DNA of 36,255 nt from Parvularia atlantis. Lineage: Eukaryota. The stretch lies in assembly GCA_943704415.1 (NCBI GenBank), contig CALSCO010001275.1, positions 1-36,255 of the forward strand. Direction: 5' to 3'. The position numbers and the translations under genes are program-made. Under the pieces are notes generated by a model. The model was not told where the DNA came from, did not search any database, and was given only the letters and a program-made list of their open reading frames with translations. Below, piece after piece: positions 20,814 through 33,112 of the stretch (position 1 is the first letter of the stretch; each line of letters begins with the position of its first letter).

Positions 20814-22193
20814 TCACACGAGCACACGCGTGCGGATCAAGTCCGACACGACGTCAAACACGACGAGCAAGATGCCGCCGCCGGGGCCGAGGCGCACGAC
20901 CTTGGGCACGAAGCCCTTCCAGAGCGCGGCAAGCCTGCGCGCGTGCGCATGTGCACGTGTTGTCGATGCACTGCAGCTGCAGGCGAGCGAGAACGTGCGC
21001 GGCGCACCCTTCCTCGCGCGCGATCGTCGCCAGACCGGGCAGCGTCCAGTGGTACTTTGGCGCGCCCGAGGCTGTCAGCATCGAGCCCTGGTTCTGCGAC
21101 GCGCGCAATTAGCCGTAGTGCACGGCGTGCGGGCGGCGTGCCTGGATGCGCGTCTTGACGACGTCAAACGGCGTGTTGAGCATCGTTCCAAACGTCCCGC
21201 CCACGAAGCCCGCAGCAAAGTTGCGCCACGACTCTTGCGTCGACGTCTGGCGCAGCAGCGGCGTCAGACTCAGACGCATGCGCACGCACGCAGGCACAGG
21301 CGCGCACACCTTGGGCTGCGGCAGCGCGCCGCGCACAAAGTGGATGCAGCCAAAGTAGCCGCCGTTCCACACGCCGTTGCGCCACAGCGTCGACTCGATG
21401 CCCTTGTAGAACGCGGCGAGGCCTGCGACGGCGAGTGCGAAGCAAGCGGGTGGGTGCGCGTGCGGCGGCCGCGGGTGGGCGCGGGCGCACACCCTCCTGG
21501 CGCAAGATCTTGGCGGCGCAGTCGAAAGTGTTCTTGTACACGCCGCGCTGCACGCACGCATCCGCACGCGTGCACGCACGCGTGCACGCACGCACGTCAG
21601 ACTAGCACCACCGGCGCGGGGCGGCGACGAGGCGGCCGCGCACGTTCTTCGGGTCCTGCAGGCGGATCTTGACCAGCTCGAATGGGACAATGACGACGGC
21701 CTCGGTCATGCCCGCGAGCACGCCCGTCGCGACCGAGAGCGACTGGGTCATGCGCCCGTCGGCCGTGAGCGTGCGCCGGAGCCACCCGCCGTAAAACTCG
21801 TTGGCCGAGAACTTGATCGCGCGCTTGGGCGTCTCGACGAGGATGGGCGGGAGGAGGCCGCGGTAGAGCGACCAGAAGCCCTCGCGGCGGATGATCTTGC
21901 GGAAGCAGTCGAGCATGGACGTGTACCCGTCAGCGCCGCCCTTGCCCACCTGCAGCTGGAAGCGCGTCTTGACGACTGCGGGGCGGCCGCATCAGTCGCA
22001 TCGCGCCGTGTTGATGATGCGCGCAGACGCACCGTCGAGCGGGAACAGCACACACAGCTCGGTCACGCCCGCCACGGCGCCCGCGAGCAAGTTCCACTGG
22101 AACGGCAGCGGCTCTGCACTCCCCCCGTCAAGCCGCAGCGAGACACAGCAGCAGCACGCCGCGGCGATGTGACGCACGATGATGCGCCGACAT
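20814..22193 (-). CDS. Mitochondrial carrier, 2-oxodicarboxylate carrier (SLC25A21/ODC1-like)
   Basis: MSAHHQ|PLPFQWNLLAGAVAGVTELCVLFPLD|VVKTRFQLQ, PILVETPKRAIKF, PFELVKIRLQ, RNGVWNGGYFG, NTPFDVVKTRIQ, KGFVPKVVRLGPGGGILLVVF. Three Px[DE]xx[KR] signatures. Confidence 0.92.
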
Positions 22194-22261
22194 CCGTCAC
22201 TGTATTCGAAGCTCGTGGTGTCACGCTACTCCACGGTTTACCCGGGTAAAAGCGAGAGCAC

Positions 22262-22280
22262 ATGACCGTCCGGCTTACGA

Positions 22281-22315
<35 letters not shown>

Positions 22316-23894
22316 TTCGCGGCGCTCGCGGCGGCGGCGCGCCCGCGGCACCCCGCCGAACCGGCCGAGGCGGCCGAGTGGGCCGAGTTTGGCCCGTTCT
22401 TCCGGCGCTTCGAGCGGTTCGAGCGGGCGATGCGCACCGGCGCCGCGTTCGAGCCCGACACGCCCTGGCTCAAGACGTGCGCGGGCTGGTCGGCGCAGGA
22501 GATGTGCGCGACCGTGTTTGGCAGCGGCCTGAGCGAGGAGCTCGCGTACGCCGAGGACCTGGGCTACATCCCGCGCGCCGCCGTCTCGTTCGAGGTCGAC
22601 TACGTCGACAAGTCGGTCACGGCGATGTGCCTCTACAACAACCCGCTCAACCAGACGTACAAGTCCATCTGGCGCCAGGGCCTCGGCTGCACCCTCGTCG
22701 AGCGCCTGAGCGAGGCCGAGATCCGCGCGATCGACACGGGCGACCAGGCCCCGCGCCCGCTCGATCCGGCCGTGCCCTGGCCGCTCGGTGACGGCTTCTT
22801 CCCCGAGCGCGTGCCCGACGGCGTCGACCTCGACTGCCTCGAGCGTGTCACGGCCGAGGACTTTGCCGACCGCATCGCCAACCCGCGCGCGACCGTCGTC
22901 ATCTACAAGGGCGAGCTCGTGTACGAGCGCTACGCCCCCGGCATCACCAAGGACAACCCCCTCATCGGCTGGAGTGCGACCAAGAGCCTCACCCAGGCCC
23001 TGCTGTCGACCGTGGTCAAGGACGGCCTGATCGACATCTACCGCCCGGCCGACGTGGTCGAGTGGTACGTTGACCGCAACGACCCGCGCCAGAACATCAC
23101 CTACGACATGATGCTGCGCATGAGCTCGGGCACGCGCTGGACCGGTACGCCCCGCGCACGGTGGTGCGCTTGTGCTCACACGCGCGCCCCCCTTCCGCCT
23201 GCAGGCGACGTCCCGCCCACGACCGGCTGCATCTTCTGGTCCGACGCCGACTGCGCGCACAAGTGCGCCCTGCAGCCCCTGGTCGAGGAGCCCGACACGG
23301 TCTGGAACTACAACAGCGGCTCGTCGTACATCATGTCGCGCGAGCTGCTCGAGAACCGCCGCGACCGCCAGTGGAACAACTACGAGTGGCCCAAGAACAA
23401 GCTCTTCCGCCGTATCAGCGCCAACTCGATGTACATCGAGTACCAGCCCAACGGTGTCTTCCTCGGCGGCGCGTACGGCTACGGCACGCCGCGCGACTGG
23501 GCGCGCTTCGGCCTGCTCTTCCTGCGCGACGGCGTGTGGGTCGACGGCGAGCGTCTGCTTCCCGAGGGCTGGGTCCGGTGCGTGCGCGTGTGCGCCGCGT
23601 GTGCTTGCGTGTGCTCACGCCCTTGCGCTGCGCCCCCGGGTTAGGTACACGAGCACGCCCACGCCCGACAATAACAGCTACGGTGCGCACTTCTGGCGCA
23701 ACCCGAGTGTGGACGACCGCCTGTTCTTCGCCTCCGGCTTCCGCAACCAGAACGTCTACGTCTTCCCGCGGCAGGACCTCGTCGTCGCGCGCTTCGCCAT
23801 GCCGCCGCTGGCCGCAGTCAACGCGTTTGACTCGACCACGTACCTGCGCAACATGCTCACGTGCTTCCCGGGCGCACCGGCCAAGGCCGTCTGA
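22262..23894 (+). CDS. Secreted beta-lactamase/AmpC-family (SxxK) serine hydrolase; introns 23145-23204 and 23578-23644
   Basis: Poly-Val/Ala signal peptide, LIGWSATKS (SxxK), WNYNSG, TPRDWARFGLLFLRDGVWVDGERLLPEGWV, YGAHFW, ASGFRNQNVYVFPRQDLVVARF. Confidence 0.9.
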
Positions 23895-24195
23895 TCGCGC
23901 GCGCGCGCGTACGTGATCGTGTGTGATATGGCAGAGTCTCACCAGTGTGACATGTCTTTGTGTTGAGCAGCAACGGCTCACCGCGGTTCGCCTGAGTTTT
24001 CTTTCCTGTTTTGTCCTTTTTTTTTCTTTTCTGCGCCTCGGGCTGGAGTAAGGCGCCTCTCTCGATCCCGCGCTGAGGTGCAGCGGGCCGAGGGTCGGCG
24101 TGGGCATTGCGCAGCAGTGACGTCCACGAGGCGCATCGCTGTGCACCAAGCAGCGTTGGCATGACAACCAGCTGTCACTTTTCCAACCCGCAGCG

Positions 24196-24787
24196 ATGAC
24201 GACGACGCCGCCGCGCTCGACGGGCACCGCCGTGGCCGCCCCGGCGCCGCCGCACACGCCCGAGTTTGTGCAGATCAGCCCGAAGAAGACGCCCGCGCAG
24301 GACGCCGTCGCGAAGGAGCTCGACGTGTTCCGCCAGACGCTCGCGGCCAACCGGCGCAACATTGCCCCGGCCATCTTCGACTTCTTCATCCACTGGCACA
24401 ACGTCGTGGCCGACGAGTGCGCGCCGCGCGCCCGTGCCGCACCGCGCCGCGCATCGATCGCCCGCTCACGACGCCGCCAGGTTCAACGCCGAGCCCGACC
24501 TCGTCAAGTCGCCGTACAAGGTCGTGGTGCAGCACATGCGCCAGGCCGTCGAGGACACGCTCAGCCCGATCGTGCCGCTGTACGTCGTCTTCCTCAACAT
24601 CAACCGCCTCAAGGCCACGACGCAGCTCAACAGGAACCAGAAGTTTGACCGCCTCCTCGGCACGTTCAAGCTGCTCCTGCCCGGCGCCGACCCCGAGATC
24701 GACCTGCTTGACTCGATGAAGCACCTGACCATTGGCATGGCCCAGCGCCTGGAATATGTCGAGGACGGCGCGGCGCCGGCCATGTGA
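24196..24787 (+). CDS. Hypothetical protein (~175 aa), 2 exons, intron 24417-24480
   Basis: Strong C/G-ending codon bias, and a canonical GTGCG...CTCAC...CAG intron joins two open frames (...NVVADE|FNAEPDLVK...). No family recognised. Confidence 0.75.
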
Positions 24788-24892
24788 CGAGCCGCGCGGT
24801 CTGTGCGTGTGTGTTGTGGTTCGTGGCGGGAGGCACACAAGAGAGGAATAGGGTGGGGTGAATGAGTGACGTGAAGGGCGGGCGCGCTGGGC

Positions 24893-26388
24893 TCAGCCCA
24901 CGAAGCGCTGCGCCACTTCCTTGAGCAGCACCGCGCGCGTGCGTGCGATCTTGGGCGCGAACGACGGTGCCTTGTACGCCGCGCGCTCGCCGTTGACCAG
25001 CTTGTGCAACAAAAAGTCGCGCGCGACCGTGTCGCGGCCGATAATGCCGCTCAGCGGCAGGTCTGGCGTGAACGCGGGCACGCCCTTCTTGCGCGCGACC
25101 GTGAACCTGCGCGGGGCGCACGAGCGCGTGTCAGACGGGCCAAGCTGCCGACGTGTGCGGTGCTGCGCGCACTTGTAGCCCTCGTTCACGGGCGAGATGA
25201 CCGCGAGGATGTGGTTCTGCTTCGAGTCGATCGAGTCGATGTTGAGCGGCGTGCTGCCCTCCTGGAAGACGATCACGAGGATGTCGTTGCCGACGTGCCG
25301 CTTGCGCTCGAGCTGGTCACGCGCATGCGCGATGGGTGTGAGCACCGTGCCCGGGCCCCCACGCGCGCGCCTGCACGCGCACCTGCAGCTGCTCCGTCTC
25401 GTTGTACGGCAGCAGCGTCGAGACATGCAGCATCACCTCGTAGCCCTGCCACTTGGTGTAGACCGAGTGCGTCCCCGTGAGGTTGCCTGTGCGCGCGCGC
25501 ACGCACCACGCGTGAGCAGGCTCGCCCCATCGAGCCGGCAGCACGCACCGACCACGTCCAGGCCCGCGCGGTAGCCCTTCCAGTTCTGCAGTTCAATCTT
25601 CTCGCCGATGAACGTGAGGAACTCCTTGTACGCCTTGGACGTCTCCTCTTCACATGCGCGCACGCACGGTCAGCCGCTGCACGAGCCGCACACGCAACGC
25701 GTCCACGCACCGTAGCGGTTGTTGAACATCTGCTGCTCGGTCGTCTGCCCCTCCTTGGCGTAGAGCAGGCCAAACTTGTAGCTGCGGATGACCTGGCGCT
25801 CCTCCATCGCGAGCAACTCCGACGGCAGGTTGGGGTTTTTGCACGACTTTAGGCTGCCGACGGGGATGTCGGGCGAGAGCCGCGCGAGGATGGCGCTAGT
25901 CGTTGGCCCGAACCCTGCCGGTCGCCTTAGCCGCACAAGAAGCGGACGAAGCGACGCGCACCGAGCAGCGCGCGCCACCAGGGCGTCGCCACGTCCGCGG
26001 CCGGGCACGAGAGGCGCTCGCTGCCCTGTGCGCGTTCGTTCGCTTTGAGCCCAAGGAGAAGGAGAAGGAGAAGGAGAAGGAGGCGCGGACCTTGTCTGTC
26101 CGGTAGATGGCCTTGTACTGCCCGTCGGCGAGGATGAGCGAGACCGAGACGGGCCCGACGGGGCTGTCAGTGGCGAGGAGGTTGGCGTGGTCTGTGCGGC
26201 GCGTTGTCGTGAGCCAGCGGGACGGACGCGAGGCACGGCACGGCGCGCGCACCCTTCCCCATGAAGTGCTCCTTGTAGAAGATGATGTCCTTCTCGCACT
26301 CCTGCAGCAGCGACTCGTGCACCCCCGTCACCTTGGCCTCGGCCACACCCTCTTCGATCACGAACGCGCTGCTCGCCGCCACCGCCAT
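24893..26388 (-). CDS. Rap GTPase-activating protein (Rap/Ran-GAP domain)
   Basis: ERQVIRSYKFGLLYAKEGQTTEQQMFNN, EFLTFIGEKIELQNWKGYRAGLD, TGTHSVYT...VMLHVSTLLPY, QLERKRHVGNDILVIVF (catalytic Asn motif), FLLHKLVNGERAAYKAPSFAPKIARTR. Confidence 0.95.
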
Positions 26389-26684
26389 CCTGCCGCGCCG
26401 CCGGGCCGCCGCGCCGCTGTCAGGCGAGGCGATCTTCCGTAACGACGCGAAGGACAACAAAGGGGATGCGAGCTTTCGCGAGCGGCGCGGCAGACGCGCA
26501 ACGCGCAACGAGCAAGCAGACGCACAGCGAGCAGGCAGCAGCAGGGCACGGCAGGCGAGCAGCGAGCAGCGCGGCGCAGGAGGCGACGAGGGCGCACCGG
26601 GCCGAGCGCCTTCTGCGCAATTGACAGTCGGGGGCGGGATTAAACAGCGCGGCTGCAGCTCATGTTTTGCACGTGGCTGATGGC

Positions 26685-26844
26685 GTCGTCGAGGCGGTCG
26701 GCGACGTCGCCGCGGCGCACGGCAAACGCGTCAAAGTAGGCGCGGACGATGTCGTCGACGAACGCGAGCCACTCGTCCTCGCTGCGCATGCGCTGCTCCT
26801 CGTCGTCGCGTGAGCGGCTTGTCGAAGCAGCAAGCAGCCGCACG
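26685..26844. repeat. 160-bp exact dispersed duplicate of 30311-30470 (part of the methyltransferase last intron and last exon)
   Basis: Base-for-base identity from GTCGTCGAGG to CAGCCGCACG at both loci, in the same orientation. Confidence 0.93.
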
Positions 26845-27261
26845 CCTCGACTTTGCCTTTGCCCCGCGCCGCGCATCGCACACGCCGCACTCACGCGCGC
26901 TCGTTGGACGCCGGACAAAGCCCCTTGAGTTCAAGTTGCACGCGCGAGAACTGAAATCGCCACGCGTCCACACACCCGGCAAGCGCTCACCGCATCGAGC
27001 CCCACGATCGAGCGTGATCCAGCGCGATCGAGCGCGATCGGCGCTGCACCCATCCGCCGGCACACCGCGCGCGCACAGCCCGCGCACAGCAAACAGGCCG
27101 CCGCGCAAGCCACGCGCCCGCGGCCACAGCGCCGATCGGCCCCACCGGCCACGCTGTCATCTGCGCGGCCCCAGAGCGGCGCGGCCACGTGGGCGACCAG
27201 CTGATTCACGCCTCTTTCCGCCGCCTCTTCCGCCTCTCTCGCCGCACGCCGCACGCAACCG

Positions 27262-29079
<1,818 letters not shown>

Positions 29080-29145
29080 TAGGCCGGCCGGCGGCCCACG
29101 TTGCCCTTGTGTACTTCACCTGCCATGCACATTCCGCGCTCGCTG

Positions 29146-30224
29146 ATGGACCACGAGACGCTCAACGACGCCTCGGCGCTGTTTGACGAGCCGCCCGGCT
29201 TCCGCCCGCCGTCGCCGCCGCCCACGTGCCACGTCGTGCCGCGCGCCGATGCGGCCGCGCCCGCGCTCGAGCTGCACCTGGTTGGACACCACTCGCTCTG
29301 GGCGCACTGCCTGTGGAACGCGGGCGTGGCGCTGGGCTGCCATCTGGACGCGCGGCCGGCGCGCATCGCCGGGCGCCGCGTGCTCGAGCTGGGCGCGGCC
29401 GCCGCCGTCCCGTCGCTCGTCGCGGCGCTCAACGGCGCGGCTCGCGTGCGTCTCGCGAGCCCGATCGCGGCGGGCGCGGTGCTGACGGACGACGCGGCGC
29501 GCAGGTCGTCGTGAGCGAGTACCCGGACGAGCGCCTGCTGGACGCGATCCGCGCCAACGTGCGCCGCAACGCACCCGGCCTCCCCGTCGCCGTGCTCGTG
29601 CGCGCCGTGCCGTGCTGCTTGTCGATGGCGCCACTCACGTCGCCCACGCGCGCGCGCCACGAAGGGCTACCTCTGGGGCGACGACGCCGCGCCGTTGATC
29701 GCGGCCAACGACGGCGCGCGCTTCGACGTCGTGGTCATGGCCGACCTCGTCTTCAACCACCGCGAGCACGACAACCTGCTGCGCACGGCGCTCGCGTGCC
29801 TGCGCGAGGACGACGTCGACGCCGCCGAGGTGCGCGCCACACGACGACGCACAACGCGCCGCTCAGACGGCAGCCCTGCCCGCAGGTCCTCGTCAGCTAC
29901 ACGTCGCATCGGCCGTGGCTCGCCGAGAAGGACGCGGTGCGCTGCCGCTGGCGGCTCGACGCTGCGCACGTTCGGCTGACACGCGCGCGCGTCGATCAGG
30001 CGTTCTTCACGCTCGCCGCGCAGCCGCCGTACAACCTGCGCGTCGACGAGGTCTGCCGCCGTCGCCGTCGCCGTCGCTGTGCGAGCTCACACGGCGGCAC
30101 GCAGGAGTTTACGCTCAAGACCGACCCCATGTTCCCCGCTGACCCGGGCGACGTCGACGTGCGCTCGACCGTGCAGTGCTTCCGCCTGCGCCGCCCCCGC
30201 TCCTCCTCCGCCGCCGTGTCCTAG
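29146..30224 (+). CDS. EFM7: Protein N-terminal/lysine methyltransferase EFM7/NNT1-like (alternative ATG at 29125)
   Basis: LFDEPPGFRP, LHLVGHHSLWAHCLWNAG, VLELGAAAAVPSL, YPD, GYLWG, ADLVFNH, SHRPWLAEKD|AFF, PMFPADPGDVDVRSTV. Confidence 0.88.
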
Positions 30225-31515
30225 CCGCGCTTGACCAGATCGAGGTGGAGCAGCCGGTTGAGCACGGGCGCGAGCGGCTCGTCCGGATCGCTGCCCGACG
30301 CGCGCGCGAGGTCGTCGAGGCGGTCGGCGACGTCGCCGCGGCGCACGGCAAACGCGTCAAAGTAGGCGCGGACGATGTCGTCGACGAACGCGAGCCACTC
30401 GTCCTCGCTGCGCATGCGCTGCTCCTCGTCGTCGCGTGAGCGGCTTGTCGAAGCAGCAAGCAGCCGCACGGNNNNNNNNNNNNNNNNNNNNNNNNNNNNN
30501 NNNNNNNNNNNNNNNNNNNNNNNNNNNNNNNNNNNNNNNNNNNNNNNNNNNNNNNNNNNNNNNNNNNNGTCGACGAACGCGAGCCACTCGTCCTCGCTGC
30601 GCATGCGCTGCTCCTCGTCGTCGCGTGAGCGGCTTGTCGAAGCAGCAAGCAGCCGCACGGCAGCCGCACCTTGAACGCGACCCAGGCCGTGCGCATGCGC
30701 CCCGCAAACTGCGCGCGCGTCTGGTGCTGCAGCTCGCTCACGAGCTCGAGCCGACGTACGGCCAGGTCCGGCGCGTGCGCGGCGACGAGCGCGCGGTACG
30801 TCGGCTCGTCCAGGAACGTGAACGGCTCGGGCAGCACGACGGCGCCCGTCGCGACGTCGGTGAACAGCGGCCGCCAGCGCTCGCTCGTCGCGGTCTGCAC
30901 GTCCCGCGATCAGCGGCAGCAGCAGCGGCAGCAGCGGCGGCAGCAGCAGCAGATGGCGCGCACGCGGACGACGGTCGCGACGATGTCGGCCATCGTCCCC
31001 GCGCCGTGGAAGACGGCGCGCAGCCGGCCGCCCGGCGCGAGGACGCGCGCCATCTCGGCGAGGGCCGCGGCGTGGTCGCGGACCCAGTGCAGCGCCGTGA
31101 ACGACGTGACGAGGGAGAAGGCGCCGGTCCAGTCGGCCGGCAGGCGCGTCACGTCGCCCTCGGCAAAGTCGACGACGACGCCCGTCCTCGGCACGACGCC
31201 CGCGTGGTGCGCCGTCGCGTACGCCACCGACGTCGGCGCGATGTCGAGGCCCGTCACACGCCCCGCCGGGCCCGGCGCCAGCTCGGCGATGCGCCTGGGA
31301 CGCGCGCGATCAGCCGCACGTCCGCACTGATCGCACGGGAAGGCGCCGCACCGCGTCACGCGCCCGTCGAAGCAGCCCACGTCGAGCACGCGGCAGCCCG
31401 GGCCCAGCGCCGGCGTCCCGACGAGATCGGCGTGGACCGCGCCCAGCGCCCAGCGCTCCTGCTGGGACGACGACTTGGCGTAGTCGGCCTGATCCCACGC
31501 GTACGTCGCTGCCAT
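30221..31515 (-). CDS. Class I SAM-dependent methyltransferase, trans-aconitate 2-methyltransferase-like; interrupted by an assembly gap
   Basis: MAATYAWDQADYAKSSSQQERWA, RVLDVGCFDGRVT, VTGLDIA, FAEGDV, FSLVTSFTALHWVRDH..ALAEMARVLAPGGRL, GRMRTAW. Three introns. Confidence 0.82.
30472..30568. other. Scaffold gap (N run) whose flanks overlap
   Basis: 30569-30660 repeats 30380-30471 exactly (92 bp). Merging the overlap restores a continuous gene, so the gap is probably of zero true length. Confidence 0.85.
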
Positions 31516-31539
31516 CCTTCTTCTCTTGTGCACAAAAGT

Positions 31540-32979
31540 CTACACGCCGCCTTCCCTCTCGTCCTCGTCGTCGTCCTCGTCGTCCTCGTCGTCCTCGTCG
31601 TTGTCGTCGTCGTCGTCGTCGCTCACGTCAACCTCGCCCGAGCGCGCGAGCTCGCGGTAGTGCTCGGTGATCTCGAGCCTTTGCGCGCGGGCCGATCAGC
31701 GACACACGTTCGGTGCGGCAAAACGGGAGGGCGCACCCGTCGGCGAGACCCGCCGGCGCAGACGACGACGCGCCCGGGCCCATGTAGGCCGCCTTGGGCT
31801 CGTCCAGGTCGCCGTAGAGGTACCCGTTGGCCCGGTCAATCACGCGGAGCACGTCGCGGACGTTGTCCTTGTCCTGCACGCGCGCACGTCAAAGAGGGAG
31901 AGGACACGTTCGTGCGTGTGCGCACCTCGATGTTGAGCGGGAGGAAGCTGACGAGGTTAAAGTCCTCCACGAGCTCGCACAGCGCTGCTCGGGCCGTCAG
32001 CGCAACCTAAAAAAAATCCTGAGGGCGCGCACCCTTGTTGAGCCCGCGGTAGCGCCTGCCAAAGTGGTCCGCGTCCAGCAGGCGCTGGAGGTGCGACAGA
32101 TCCATGACCGTCGCGTAGAACTCGAGGTCGTAGGCTGCGCGCCGAGGCGTGAGGCGCCCGTTTCGGCGACCGCGAGCGAGGCGCACCGAGCCGCCCAAAC
32201 TGCTCGACCAGGTCCGCCTTGGACAGGACGTTGACGTGCGGCAGCTCGAGCTTGAGCATGGTCTGGAGCGAGAGCACGAGCGCGGCGATGTACTTGGCCG
32301 GGTCGGCGCAGTGGTGCGCGTCGATCAGGTTCACGGCTGCGACCTGGGCGTCCGCGCGCCATCAGCAGCAGCAGCGGCGGCGGCGGCAGCAGCGGTGGCG
32401 CACGCGCAAGTCGTGCTTGGCCAGCTGCGCCACGATCCGCCGCATCGACTCGTGGTGGCTGTAGAGCTCGGCCTGGCCGGGGCAGTCGATGATGAAGTAG
32501 TGCCCTGCCGCCACCGCCGCCCGCGTCAGCCGCTCTCAATCGCCGCGCGCCGCCTGCCGCACCCGGGAACTGTGCCAGCTGCTGCACGAGCCAGTCGAGG
32601 TTCTTCTCGAGGTACTCGATACAGAACATGAGCCCTGGCGCCGCACGTGCGCCGTCAGCAGACGACGTTGAGCACCGCGACGGCAGGTCCGACCGCCGTT
32701 CGGCCCGAGCCCAAACTCGTCCATGACGGCGCCCAGCGTCACGAGGCGCTCGATGTCGACCGCGGCGTCGTACGGCGGCGCGTCGTTGGCCGGGTCGAGG
32801 TTGACGACGGCGACCTTGCTGCATCGCGGACGTGTGCATTCAGCGCGCGATCGGGCGCGCCGCGATGCAGTCCGCCCGCCGCACCGCCCGAGCGCGCGCA
32901 GGTACTGCGCCATGCCGTGGCAGTACGTGGTCTTGCCCGAGCCGGGCGGGCCGACGACGAGCTGGGCGAAGCGCGGCAT
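31540..32979 (-). CDS. GPN2: GPN-loop GTPase 2
   Basis: [95 protein letters not shown], and an acidic tail ending ...EGGV* (TAG 31542-31540). Confidence 0.95.
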
Positions 32980-33112
32980 TTGAGAGGCGTTTGATGGGTT
33001 CGCGCCGTCTGCGCGGCCGTATTTGCCAGCGTGGCGGACATCGCATCTAGCTGGTACCACGTCGCATGCATCATGGCAGACCTTTTGGTGATCGCGCAGA
33101 CAGGCAGAAGTG

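Noticed and set aside
30380..30660. Tandem duplication inside the methyltransferase gene
   Set aside because: The 92-bp identical flanks border an N run; most simply an unmerged contig overlap caused by the 160-bp dispersed repeat.
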